Assembly (NCBI GenBank): GCA_010093605.1
Contig: MU004195.1
Span: 1,007,566 to 1,071,565 of the forward strand
Direction: 5' to 3'
DNA length: 64,000 nt
Source: Lophium mytilinum
Lineage: Eukaryota
Under the pieces are notes generated by a model. The model was not told where the DNA came from. It was given only the letters and a program-made list of their open reading frames with translations, and made no database searches. This document shows, in pieces, positions 14,401 through 27,919 of the stretch. Positions within the stretch are counted from its first letter, which is position 1. Every line of letters starts with the position of its first letter. A program made the position numbers and the translations under genes.

Positions 14401-16779
14401 AATTAATTCTTATCTTAATTATAGAGCTACTAATTTATTTACTAGTACTAAGTTTACGCACCTAGTAAATCTACCCCTAAAACCTCTTAAAAAGGCCTAA
14501 GTCCTTAAACTAGCTAATAGATTAGCTATTGCCTAAAAAGTAATATATAAAGCCCTTCTTAGTATAAATATAAATAGCTATTAAAGCCATTACTAGGCCT
14601 ATATTACTAACCTAGAAGACTATAATATTATTATAGAACTTAACTAGCTCTAAGAATATAACCTAGCTATTAACTAGAAAGCTAGATACCTAGATTTTAT
14701 ATATTCTTATTATAAGCTCTATAAAAACTATTTATATTATTTTAACTATAACTCTATTACTATCTAGGTAAATAGTATATATTCTTATAATATATCTAAT
14801 AACTACTATAACCTTATAGACTAGAAATCTATTAGTATAGATACCTATATACGCATAGCCTCTATTACTAAGTATAAAGAATAGCAACTTAAATAAATTC
14901 CTTATTATATTCTAGAAACTCTAGAAAATAAAAATAAAGACTTTATTATCGCTTGTAATAGCTTATAAGTTATTATATTCTAAATAGGCAATAATATTCT
15001 ACTTAAAGCCCGTAAAATCTCCGCTAAAGATATTAAAAAATTTATGCACGCTAAGAAGCACCTCTTCTATAAAGAAATAATTAAGTAACTACTAAAGAGA
15101 CTATATTATTATATTTATATATTTAACCAGGTTAAAGTAAATACACTTCCCCCTTATCGCCCTAGAATTAACTATAAAATTAACCTTATTAAAGAAGCCG
15201 GTAAGCTACCTAAAGCCCGGCTATATACTATATTAAAGAAAGAACTTAAAGTTATTAAGAAATAGATTAATAATAACCTTAATAAAGGATTTATCTATAA
15301 GTTATAATTCTCTATATCCTCCTCTATACTTCTTATCTATAAGCCTAGAGGGGGCGTTTATTTCTATATTAATTATAGGGCTATTAACGCTATAATAGTT
15401 AAGATAAGATACCTACTACTACTTATCTAAGAAATACTCTAAAAGCTTAGTAACGCTAAATAGTATTTTAAACTAGACATTATTTCTACATTTAATTAGA
15501 TCTAAATACAGAAAAGAGATATAGGTCTTACAGCCTTCTCTATATAATAGGGATAGTATAAGTCTATTATTATACCCTTTAGTATTACAGGCGGCCTAGG
15601 CAGATTCTAATTCTATATTAATTAGACGTTATATAACTACCTTAATAACTTCTATTCTACCTATATAAATAACATTTTAGTCTATATAAATAGTATAAAG
15701 AAATAATATAAGAAATACATTACTAAAGTCCTTAAATAACTTAATAAAGCCGGCCTTAACTATAACTTTACTAAGTGTAAATTTAATAAGATAGAGATTA
15801 AGTACTTAGGCCTTATTATTATAATAGGCGGCGTCTAGATAGACCCTAAAAAAGTCACCACCGTTATTAACTAGAAAATACTAACGTATCTGCGTAATAT
15901 ATAAGCGTTCTTAAAATTTACTAACTTCTATTAATAATTTATATATAGGTTCTTTTATATTATTAGTCTACTTATATCTATAATAAAGACTATAGATAGT
16001 AAAAAGACTAAACTTAAAGCGCAGTTTACTTAGAACGCTAAATATAATAACACCTTCTAAGTACTTAAGATAGCATTTACTACTACACCTATTCTATACT
16101 ACTTTTAGTATAGTAAAAAGGTCTATATTAAAACTAACACTTCTAACTATATTATTACCAGCGTTATATTCTAAGAAGGGGAGAACAGCCTATTATACTC
16201 TATTACTTTCTTCTTATCTAAAATAAGCCCCTAGGAATGCAACTATAAAATCTATAATAAAGAACTACTTACCATAGTTAAGGCTTTTAAAGAATAGCGT
16301 CTAGAATTAGTAAGCACTAACCTAGATAACTCTATAGATATACTTATAAATTACTATAATCTAGAGTACTTTATATCTACTAAATACCTTAATTATTACT
16401 AAGCCCGCTAGGCTAGTTTCCTTACTAGATTTAACTTTAAAATTATCTACTAACCAGGCATTCTTAAAGGTAAACTAGATAGTCTAATAAGAAGATTATA
16501 AGACCTGCCTACTAATCTAGATAACCTACATAATTAGTTTTAATACTAAACAGTCCTTAAGTCTTATAACTTAGAGCTAAAAGTAGCACCTTATTTACTA
16601 GATATTTAAATAAGCTTACCTAATAATAGCCTAGGCCGCACGCTAAACCTAATTAGGCTAGTACCTTACTATAAAGAGTTAAACCCGCTAAGAGCTATAA
16701 AGTTACTACTATTAAAGATATACTCTTAATTTCTTCTTACACCTATACAGCTGCGCAGTTACACGCGCAATAATAATAA

Positions 16780-16830
16780 TAACCCTAACTCTAACCCTAA
16801 CCCTAACCCTAACTCTAAACCTTACCCTAA
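16780..16830 (+). repeat. Telomere-like (CCCTAA)n tract inside pol of element B
   Basis: taaccctaactctaaccctaaccctaaccctaactctaaaccttaccctaa; three perfect CCCTAA units at 16795-16812. Confidence 0.85.
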
Positions 16831-19028
16831 TTTTTCTCTTATAATTAAACTAACCCCTATAAATTATAATAATCTCTATACAGAGCCTAACCCTATCTAT
16901 TAACATATACTTACTAAGCTATTTAATAAAGGCTATTACAGCCCGCTATAAAACTTACTAGAACTACTATTTAATTCTATACTCTATAAACTTATTACCC
17001 TTATATAAGATAGTAAGCGCGCGCTACCTTAATCTCTACACAATATTATTAGCAACCTAGATATCTTAGAATTTAAAGTCCACTATAATTAACTATATTA
17101 CTATAGCCAATTATATATACCCATATATAATAATTTATAACTTAAGCTTCTATAGCTTACCTATAATACTACTATTAGCAGATACCCAGAAAAGTATAGT
17201 ACATATAAACTTATCTAATATTACTACTTCTAGCTAGATATACACAACTTAGTTAAAGACTATATAAGCGCCTACTATAGCTATAAATAATTAAAAGCCT
17301 TCTATAATAAGAAATAAGAACTACTACATTTACTTAATATACTAGAATAGTAATAGACTAATATTACTATAGACTTTATTATAGACCTTCCTCTCTATAA
17401 GTATAATAGTTAAATCTATACTAAAATTCTTATTATTATCTACTGCGCTAGTAAGAAATAATACTATATTTCTATAAGTAGTACCTTAGTCTATAATATT
17501 ATTAATACTTTTCTCTATAAAATCTATTGCCTCTATAGACTCCTACGCGTTATTATTAGTAATTACAATCTATACTTTATCTTAGATATCTAGAAATAAG
17601 TTTATAAGTATATTAGTATCTACTAGAATATTTCTATAGCCGCCTACCCTAAGACTAATAGATAAATAGAAAACGCAAACGCCATTATAAAGGCCTATCT
17701 TAGGCAATTTATTAATTACCACTAGAATAACTAGATTAATTATTTACCTATTAGAAAGTTTTTAGTAAATAACTAAGTTAATACCTCTACTATAATAACC
17801 CCATTCTTTATTAATAAAGGTTTCCACCCGCACTTAGAACTAGAACCCCTATCTATAGTTACTAATAACGCTAAGCCTATTTCTATACCTACCCTTAGTA
17901 CTAACGCTATTATTCGCTAATAATAGCTTAAAGGTAATAAGTATATTAATTAAATAAAAGATATACTAAATAAATACAAAGCTATAATAATATAGGCATA
18001 AACTAAATAAGTAGACTATACTAACTAGCACTAAAACCCCCTACTAAAGCTCTAAGTTAATAATTAGGTATAGCTAGACGCCTGTAATATAAAGACTACT
18101 TAACTAAATAAGTTACTTAATTATAAGAACCTTAGTCCCTTCTACATTACCTAGATTATTAATAATAGTTACACCTTCTAACTTAACTTTAAGAATATAA
18201 GTCTTAAAGGCTTATAAATACACCCTATCTTCTATCTATACCTTCTCTATCTAGATAGATTCTATCTAGTACTAGGCTAACGCTAGCCACCGCTACCTTC
18301 TATTTAGGTAATTAACCCTATTACCTCTAAATCCATTAAATAATACCTAATTACGCGCATTATTAATAGCCGCTAGCGGGGTTGCAGACTAAAAGAATAT
18401 TACTACCTTAAATATAAAGGACTTTATAAAGGTTATACTACACTATAGAAATAGTAACTATAGAAATAATTTATACCTAAGGCCGCAGACCTAATTAGTA
18501 AATTTTATAATCTTAACCCTAACGCTAATAGTTCTTATCTAGACTTTAAACCTAATAATAATTAGCGCGCACGCCTTACTAATAATAATAATACCGCTAA
18601 TATTTTTACTACTAACTATTTATAATTATAATTGCTCCACGCTACTAACTATTTATAATTATAATTACTCTATACTAAACTATATCCTTATCTTTATATA
18701 ATTACCTTACTATACCTCTATACTATAATCTATAATAGCCTTATATAGTTTATTATAACTTTATATATAATAACTATAATAAGATTAGAATTTTTAGTTA
18801 TATAAAGTGGGCTAAGCTATTATAATAAAAAAGCCCTTATAAGTAATACCTTAAGTATACTAGCTTTTTATATACTAGTATATAACTAATAATTAGCTAA
18901 ACTACGCTATATAATTAGATAACTATTTACGCCCTTATATTTAAACCTAATATAGCCTATAATACTATTTTCTTTTTCTTTTTCTTTTTCTTTTATTTCC
19001 TTCTAGCGTTCTTAAAACGGGGGGGTAG

Positions 19029-19272
19029 TATAATAGATTATACTCTACTCTCTAGTTATATATTTACCTATTACTAGCCTTCTGCCTCTATATCTATTAT
19101 ATTACCTAGCGCTGCCTACGCGCTAGCCCGCTTAGCGCCTACGCGCCTCTCTCTCCTCTATATATATAGTTTCTACTTAGAAGCCTCTCTTTCTACTCCT
19201 TATATAACCTCTTAAAATTAACCTACCTAGTTACCTTATACTACTAAGCTTCTCTATACTATAACTATAATA
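19029..19272 (+). repeat. 3' LTR of element B
   Basis: Direct repeat of 11216-11459; preceded by the PPT and followed by the TSD. Confidence 0.93.
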
Positions 19273-22270
19273 GAAGCTCTTTATTAGCTTACTTTTTATA
19301 TTAAATATAATAATAGTTCTTATATAGAATATTATTCTTTATCTAGTACTAGGTTAATAAACTAAAGTTAATATATTTAGTAAAATCCGTGCGCAGCGTT
19401 TCTTTAAAGTAATAGTATTAGGTTATAAAACTATTATTAATTTTACTATACTTAAGCCTATTAAGAATAATATTAAGGTATTATAAAAAGTCTAACGTCT
19501 TCTTATTATATTACTATTTTATACCCTTACTATTAAGCTAGTTAAGAAGGTAATTATAATAAACGGCGTTACTCTCTTAGAATATAGCGTCTAGATCTTA
19601 GATAAGTTTCTTAAGTAATTAATATAGGTTAGTAGATATAAAAAGACTATAGTCTTCTATAATCTTATATATACGCCCTTTATAGTAGCTAATAGTAAGC
19701 TAGATTTAGGTTATAGATATAGAATAGATCTACTAGTCTACTTAAACTAAATAGATTAAATAGTTCTTCTAGGCTATATAAGCTAAAGCTTCTAATTTAA
19801 AGTTCTATAAGTAGGTATACTTAGGTTAAGGGCCTTATTATCTAAATTAAGAATAGATAGGTCTATAGACCTATAGCTAAGTAAAACTATCTAGTTAGCT
19901 TAGGTTTAGATTATCTCTATCTCTACCTCCTCCTCTAGTAGTAGTAAAGTATTATTCTAGAACGCAGTTATTTTAGAACTTATCTAGATTAAGTATATAT
20001 AGTTCTACTAGTAGTAGTAGAAAGACTTTATTAATAGAGTTATAATTAAAGTATTTATTAATATATAGATTATTAGGTTATTCTACTAATATATTCTATT
20101 AGACTTAAGCTTTAAGCTAGATAATTCGCGTTAAGGCCTATTAGTATTTAGCTTCTAGATTATTAAGCTAAAGAGTTTAGGCCTAAAAGTTAGCGTGCTT
20201 TTTATTATATAGGTATTATACGCAGGCTAACTCTATCTACTTAGACTATAGTTTATAGTTAAGAGTATAGACCTATATCTAAAGCTTAGAGAGTTTACTA
20301 TTAGTAAGTAAATATTTCTTATTTAGGTTCTTAATAGTAGTATTAGTAGCGTTTTATTCTTATATAGTAATATTTATTCTATATCTAAAGTTATTATAGT
20401 TCTTATCTACTAGTATAATATAGTTCTACTACTATTATAGTACTAGTTAAATATTCTAAATAAGCTTTTATAGGTTCTAAAGCTTATATTATTTTTATAG
20501 TCTATTACTATACTGCATTTTAAAAATAGAGCTACTAGCGCGCTATATAATTATAAAATATAATTATTAATAGTCTTCTACGCGTATTATAATATATTAC
20601 TTATTACTCTATTCTATACCCGCTACTTACTAGGCTAGGTTAGAAGTATTAAGTCTAGTAATTAATTTAACGCGGGTAGATTAGTATTATAATAGAGATA
20701 TATTAGGGAAGAGAATACTATAAATAGATAGTATTCTTAGATACTTAGAGTTATAGAACTAATAGTTAGGCTTCTAAGCTATATTATAGTAGGTAGTAGC
20801 TTTAGAAGTATTAATAGTAATATCTTAATAGGCTATCTTAAGTTTATAGACTTTATTATCTATATTATTACTAAACTAATATTTCTTCTCTTAATAGTCC
20901 TATTTATTAGCTAAATTAAAGTTAGAGAAAAAGTCTTTATTATAGGTAGTAGTATTATTAAGTCTAGTAGCTATATTATTAACTCTAGTAGTTATATTAT
21001 TAAATTTAGTAGGTAAATAGAAGTTGCCTAGTATATAGCTATCCTCTATTATAGTTAGTACTAGAGGGGCTAGAGTAACTAGTAGAGGCTTATCTATAGT
21101 ACTAAACTTAGTCTAATAATATTATAGCTTAGCGGGTGTAACTAGAGGAATTAGTTTAATAGATAGAGCTAGTTAAGAGGTAGTAGCTAATATCTATAAC
21201 TAGAATTAGGTTATACCTTATAAGAGTTAAATAAGAGGAGGCTATAGGCTGTAATTAATTTATATTATATTATTATTATTATTTTCTATAAAAAGGTATT
21301 ATAGATTTAGAGCGCCTTTTTAATATAATATAATACTAATATAATAGGGGTTAATAGAAATACTATTAGCGTTACTAAATAGGCGTCTAGTAGTAGAGCG
21401 TCTACTAGAGATAGAGTTACTAAACTATAGGGCTTTAGCGCGGTTAAAAGTATAGTAGTTAGGGTTAGCTATATAAAGAGGTAGAAAAAAGTTAGTATAG
21501 AAGAAAAAAAACTTAAAAAGGTAAGGTATTAAATTTATATATAAGGGCGCATTAAATTTAAATTATTTACTATATGCGCCGGGCGCCTAGAAGGTTCTAG
21601 AGGGGCGCTAGTTATACTTAGTTACGGGACTAGAGGGCTATAGTAAATAATAATATTAGGTAGTCTATAGAAAATAAATAGTATATAGAAAATAAATAGT
21701 CTATAAAAAATAGATAGTATATAGAAAATAGGTAGTATATAGAAAATAGATTTATTCTATAATACTAGGTATATACTTAGGCTTACTATTATTAATACTA
21801 AACTTTCTAGGCGTTAGTCTCTATATAGTAATAGTAATTAATTAGTAATACTAGGCGCGCGCACGCGCTATTATCTATACTAAGCTTTCCGGGTATTAGT
21901 CTCTATATAATAATAGTAATAGGTAGAAGAAAAAGTTATAGAGCTATTAAAGTAATTAATAATTAGTAGGGACTTTCTAGGGTGCTACTACTACCTCTCT
22001 ATTATAGGGGCTTATTGCGGAGCGTCTACTATAGTTATAAGGTCTATTACCTAGCTTTATATATAATAGCTAAATTACTTTATTAGGGGCCTGCGGCGCT
22101 ACTAATAGAAGTACTATATTAGTATAGTCTTTATTAGAAGTCTATAATACTACTAATAGTTACTCTATAGATATATATATACTAAAGCTTATTATAAGAG
22201 TATACTCTATTATAGAAAATTTCTAGAGGTGCTTCTATTACTTCCGGAAGCTAGAAGGGTATTTATCTTA

Positions 22271-22470
22271 TATTAGGGCTTAAGGTTAGAACGTTAGAAT
22301 TATTAGATTAAATAGTATTAATATTAATAAAAGATAAATATAAAAAAGGAAGAGGTTTCTAGAATAAATATTATAATAATCTAAAGGGTAGAGTAATATT
22401 TACCTATTCTATAGAGCCTCTATTATATAACCTCTAGTTATATATTATATATAATTATATAGCTATAATA
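22271..22470 (-). repeat. 5' LTR of host element H
   Basis: Third copy of the A-family LTR, with a ~10-bp insertion near 22291-22300. Confidence 0.9.
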
Positions 22471-24532
22471 AATATAGAATATACTAATAATAGTAGATAT
22501 ACTATTAATTAAAAGCTAGAATCTATCCCCTTATTAGAGATACCTAACTATATATATATACTACCTAAACTATATATATATCTTTAAAGTTAATAGCTCT
22601 AGCCTACTAATACTAACTCCTTAAATAGTAGTATAGCACGTTACTTTAATATTAAGGAAGATAATAATAATATTAACTTTAACCTTCTCTAGTTTGCTAG
22701 AATAGCATTCTTAGATTTAAGCTTTAATAATAATAATATACTTAATAGTAATCTATAGAATCTTAATATATATATCTTCTAGAATAGCTTTAATAATCTA
22801 GACCTTAATATTAATCTTCTATAATTTACTATAGCTAGATTTAATATTTCTCTATATATTCTACGCTCTTATACTAAAGCTATATAACTTTCTAAAGCTA
22901 ATTAATAGTATACTTATACTATAAAAGAATTATAGGCTATAGAAGATAATAAAGTCTTTTAAATTATTTCTCTTTCTTCTAGATAAAAAGCTCTTCTATC
23001 TAAGATTATCTATAAGCTAAAGCTCTTTCTAGATAGAAGTATTAAGTAATTTAAGGCTTATATAGTAGCGCGTGGCAATTAATAATAATAAGGTATTAAC
23101 TTTAATAAATTCTAGGTACTAACTCTAAAACCTACCTCTATACGCATTCTACTAGCACTTATAGTACTTCTTAACTAGAAAAACTATTAAATTAATATTA
23201 TAACTACCTTTCTTAATACTTCTCTTAGTAAGAAAGTCTTTATTTATCCTTCTCTACTAGTTAAGCTACCTTCTAGTTACGCTTAGAAACTCTTTTATAC
23301 TCTCTATAGACTTAAGTAAATACTAAGAGTATAGTATAAGTGCATTAAATATAAGCTTAAGTAACTTAGTTTCTATATCTTAGAATATAACCTCTATATC
23401 TATATTTATAATAGTATATAGATTATTCTATCTATCTATATTAATAATTTTAAAATCTATTATCTATATAAAGATAATATTTAAAAGTTTAAAGCTAATC
23501 TTTTATAGCTCTTTTAGTTTACTAAAAAGAATAAAGACTATATCTACCTTAGTATATATATTAACTACTTAGAAAATTAAGTTAAGATTTATTAAGCTAG
23601 ATATACTTATACTATTCTAGAACGCTTTAATCTCTAGAATATCCCTTTAGTTAAAACTCCGGCCGATCTAAATAATAGGCTTCTTTATAATCTAGATTAT
23701 ATTGCGTTTTTAGAATTTTAGATACTATATCTTTAAGAATTTAGTTCTCTTAACTATCTTTCTACTCTTATATAGCTAGATATTTTCTATACTATATTAC
23801 TCTATAGATAATATAATATAAATTCTAATTAAGCTTATTTTAATATACTTACTTAGATCTACGCCTATCTTAATAGCTCTCTAGATAATAGTATTATCTA
23901 TAAGAAATAGAATCTATAACTTACTAGATTTATTAATATAGACTAGAGCGGATATTAAGATACCTAATACTCTACTACTAGATAGGTCTTTACTTTTACT
24001 AGGGGTCTAATCTTATAGTTCTTAAAAAGATAGACTATTACTATACTCTCTATATGCAAGGCTAAATATATAGCCGCTACTAAGGCTATTAAGAAAGCTA
24101 TATAGATTAAGTATTTTATTAATAATTTAAAGGTAGGTATCTATATTAATAAGATTCTAATTTATATTAATAATAAGTTAGCTATTAAGCTAGCTTATAA
24201 CCCTAAATTCTATTAATAAATAAAGTATATTAATGTTTAATATTATTTTATCTAGAAAAGCGTTAAATAGAGTAATATTAATATTAGATAGATTAGTAGG
24301 TCTAAGAATTCTGCGGATATCTTTACTAAGGTATTAGAAAGAACGCTCTTTAAAAAGTATTAAGTAAGTATTATTTTATTATAATAGGTTTTAGAGGGGC
24401 TATTTATTTTATACTATCTCTTTTACTTAATCTCTCTCCTTTAAGAGCCTGCGCGAGTTTATTTCTAGAACCCTCTTATATTTTATTCTTTATTTATTAT
24501 AGTTTATATAAATAAGTATTAGATAGCAAACA
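22471..24532 (+). mobile_element. 3' half of a Ty1/Copia retrotransposon (RT, RNase H, PPT, putative 3' LTR 24401-24532); RIP relic
   Basis: De-RIP translation gives FKARVVARGN..Q.G.DF (~23050-23105), DADWSG...STTGWVF...GG.ISWSSKRQ...ALS.CEAEYIAA (~23935-24080) and NSADIFTK (~24307-24330), then agaggggc and a ~132-bp segment ending in CA. Confidence 0.88.
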
Positions 24533-24569
24533 GGATCCTTCTATATTAGAAAGATTACCGCAGTAGATA

Positions 24570-25261
24570 GAAAGTATCGATCCTGAGATATTACTTCTCA
24601 CTTTCTACAAAATGGACGCATTTCCACCAGAGCTTACCAATACTTTCGTGACACGCTTACCGCCCGCTCCGCCTACTTTCGCAATATTTTCTCCATAAAC
24701 CCCTACACTGTCAGCATCAGCCTTCCCGCCATCGACGTTGGCACCTTCGAGCTCTATGACCGACGTATTCGGTGGGGCTCCCTCCGCCACTCAATTGACT
24801 CCGCCTCCCGCGCTGGTAGCATCGAAATTGACGCCTGCTATGACCTCATCAACGCGTACCACCTTGGGCTCTATCTGGGCGATGGCGAGTTCGCAGACAT
24901 GGCAGTCGACGAGCTAGTGAAGGAGCTCAAGGGCGATACACCACCATCGATAGCGCTGGTACATAAGGTGTACGAGGATGTAGCAACATGTTATCCGAGG
25001 TCGAAGATCAGCATGTTTTTGGTAGAGTGGGTGGTGAGTCGGAAATTTGCGATAGACTCGCGGTATCATCCGTACTTTCTAGCGGAAGTCTTGGCGCTTA
25101 GGGCGAAGGGGGAGCCAATGAAGGGCATTCCAGATTTTGGAGCTTTGGGAGAGAGTTTGAGGGAGCTTGATCGAGAGGGGGGAAATACGTGCTGCGGGAC
25201 GTGTCGGTATCATGGTCATGGGCCCGAAGTTCGGTGCTGCCTACACAGGAGGTCTGGGTGA
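24570..25261 (+). pseudogene. BTB/POZ-domain gene, 5' end missing or disrupted
   Basis: The frame of ORF 24899..25261 is open from 24587 without an ATG and reads RDTLTARSAYFRNIF...ISLPAIDVGTFELY...LINAYHLGLYLGDGEFADMAVDEL...CRYHGH, resembling fungal BTB proteins. In-frame TGA at 24584; Copia LTR ~50 bp upstream. Confidence 0.7.
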
Positions 25262-26118
25262 GAAGGCTATAGCCACATCAGCTTTTTATGGGGGTATTGA
25301 TGAAGAGTTCAAGGAGAGAAATGACAGGGCGCTGTGAAGAGCGAAGAAAGACTTGTAATGATGTTAAGAAGAATAGGCTGCACGCAAACCTCCTTCTCTG
25401 AATCCTTAATCACTAACGAAAAGGTTCTTATAGAGCACTTAAGTAAGTCAGTAATCTGCTCCAAAAAGCTTTCGAATTACGACACGCCATCCGGATACAA
25501 GCATCGCAGGACAGCCACTTCGAGTGACGAAAGAACGAGTTGGCAGAAGGCCGAGAAAGACGCGCGTGAAGAGGTGCAGTTGATGAACTAAACCATAAAA
25601 ATCAGTCGCTACAGTAAGACTATGTCATGAGCTGAAGCCTTGTTAGCTCCGTCTGCGAGAATAGATGGCTAGAAAAGCGAAGATGAGGGCCAGGAGGGCT
25701 GACGTTGTGGTAGAGGAAGGCTCGAGAACTAGCGTGCTGAAAACTACGCGGGCATGCTTCAGATGCTGTTGTAGAACAACACCTCATGCAGCTCTCTTCC
25801 CTCTACCCCAAACTAGCTACATACGGATCGGCTGCATCAGCCATCGTTGCACAGTAAAATCTCTGCGATCCTTCAAATTAAAACTCTCCAGCCGATCTAA
25901 GTCAAGGCGGACCCAAATCTCGTGGCCTCAATCTCGCCCCGTCATTGCCAGCTGTGTCGTGTCTTCTTCCCCTAACTCAGTATCTTCAAATATCAAATGT
26001 TCTCTGCTTTCATCTGTGTACTTGAGCTCGCTAGATCTTGCCAATTTGTCCCCTCATAATTTCACATTCAAAGCTCAATCTAACATTTCCTATATCGCGA
26101 GAAACAGCTCCCTTGAGA

Positions 26119-27682
26119 ATGCCTATCAACTCAACTCCACTTCCGACTGAGCTCGTTGGTCTGATATTCGAGCAAGTCAGTGAAGGGCACTCTGTATGAG
26201 AACACCTTGCTGACCTTTGAAGCTGTTCATTCTAGACCCTGCCGCTCTTCGGACAGCGAGCACGTGCTGTCGCCAGTATCGCGATCTAGCTATGCGGCTG
26301 CTGGACCAATCTATCCGGTTTAAATATGCTTACCGAGATCGCCTCCACGCGAGGGGCTTTCTAGAGTCTCTCCTTGCTAATGGAGGCGAAAGAGCCAGGC
26401 GGATTCAGAATATAGCAGTCGATTCTCGGCACCCCCGGAGAGTGTCGTTCCTAGATTCCCTCATCATCGCTCTCCTGCACACTGTCAACAATCTCGTCAG
26501 TTTCGAGTAAGAAGTCATCACTCCACTCTTTCCAATGCCATACACTGACAATCACCGCGAAGGTGGAACCCCATATGGTTGATACCCACGCCTATCGTAC
26601 AGGAACTCAACTCACGCTGGCCCCAGTGCCGCCTGTCCCTCAACTCATTCATCACGCTAGACCGTGACAAAATGGACGCATTCATCAGTTCACCATGCCT
26701 CTTCTCCCTGAGCACCTCCTTCGAATACGGTTGCGGTGACACCCACCCCCGAAACATTGTCGACATCCTGACATCGTGCCCCAATCTCCGCCACTTCGAG
26801 TTCCGTACAAAGGGCAAGCTCGGCCCTCGCCCAAGCTCATATCTCCTACCAGAGGGTCACGCATACACTTTGAAGCCAGGCGCCACACTACCCCCGCTCA
26901 CCCGCATGGTCCTCATCGAGTGTCCAATGTTCACACCTAGGGTGTCTACCATGTGGTCTCAAGCCGCCGACTGGACCCATCTGCAGCATCTCACCCTCAG
27001 CAAATGGCACAACATGAAAATCGGCGGCTTCCTATCCGCATTTCATGGCCGCACGCCATCTCTACGCGAATTCGCTTTTGACGACACCGTAGACACGATC
27101 ACCGCTGCACAACACGAGCGCCTAAACACACGCTACCTCTCCCGCTTCCTCCACAGCATCTCCGCGCTAGAAGTCCTCGACCTCTCCACCGCCGCCTCTG
27201 CCTTCCCCGCCCTCGCCCCGGCTATCTACCACCACGCGCCCACCCTCCGCGCATTCCGCTTCCACTGCCCAGAAACCTGCTACGAGCCCTACCAGAGCCG
27301 CACGCTTAATCTCCAGCAGCTCTCAGACCTCGGAAGCAACCTCCCCGCTCTGGAATCACTGACGCTGGACATTGACATCCACAACGCCCGCGCCCTGGCC
27401 GCCCTCACGCCCCTCGCCCACCTCTCCCGCTTTACCTCTCTTGCACTCTACACCGACTCCCGCCGCCTGCGGGACCCGCCTGTTGACCCAGAGGTGTGCG
27501 CGCGTGTGTTCAAAAGCCTCCACCCGCCCCTCCGCTCTCTCGTCTTCAACGTCGGCGAGGAGGAGATCCCGGACCGGCGGATTTGCTGCCAGGCAGCAAA
27601 TGACGCAGAGCCAAGCTCCCAGCATGATTCGTCCCGAAGATCGGTAGCGGTGGTTGACAGGGTGCGCATCGAACTAAAGTAG
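26119..27682 (+). CDS. F-box protein with LRR-like C-terminus (3 predicted exons)
   Basis: ATG 26119 gives MPINSTPLPTELVGLIFEQ, then a GTCAGT..GCTGAC..AAG intron, LFILDPAALRTASTCCRQYRDLA, a GTAAGA..CTGAC..AAG intron, and ORF 26579..27682 with LxxLxL motifs. Confidence 0.72.
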
Positions 27683-27919
27683 CTCCATAAAGTACTATGC
27701 GGGCCAAGCCCACAGCTATTGAGCAAAGCCTTTCACGAGGCGTTGAGACCATGTCAGAAGCCCCTAAAAGCGGAGTAGATAGATATGCCGTAACGACATC
27801 ACGAAACAAATCTCGGACTATAGCGCATCGGAAAGATATTATTAATAGAACACAAGTATATCTATATTTAACTATATGCGGCCCTCCCCTGCGCCCCCGT
27901 GCTCTCCCTTCTAGTTACC

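Larger units (their letters stand above)
11216..19272 (+). mobile_element. Full-length chromovirus-type Ty3/Gypsy retrotransposon B (RIP relic)
   Basis: 244-bp LTRs at 11216-11459 and 19029-19272; TSD GAAGC at 11211-11215 and 19273-19277; PPT aaaacgggggggtag before the 3' LTR; de-RIP pol motifs Y(V/I)DDI (15662), IETDASDY (~16127), integrase GGHPG (~17175) and a chromodomain-like tail (~18340-18480). Confidence 0.93.
1..22470 (-). mobile_element. Ty3/Gypsy LTR retrotransposon H (RIP relic; interrupted by A and B; 3' part lies outside the window)
   Basis: Segments 1-1228, 10100-11215 and 19278-22470 join into one sequence collinear with element A 4575-10094. RT motif AFIDDI is readable on the minus strand at ~430-447. 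5' LTR at 22271-22470. Confidence 0.88.
1..24532. other. AT-rich, RIP-degenerated transposon block (heterochromatin-like AT isochore)
   Basis: Strong TpA excess and CpA/TpG scarcity; no ORF in the supplied track before 24605; retroelement motifs readable only after mentally reverting TA to CA/TG; abrupt return to normal composition after ~24,550. Confidence 0.95.

Noticed and set aside
16780..16830. True telomere or chromosome-fusion scar
   Set aside because: Short, degenerate, in frame within pol and enclosed by an element with paired LTRs and TSD.
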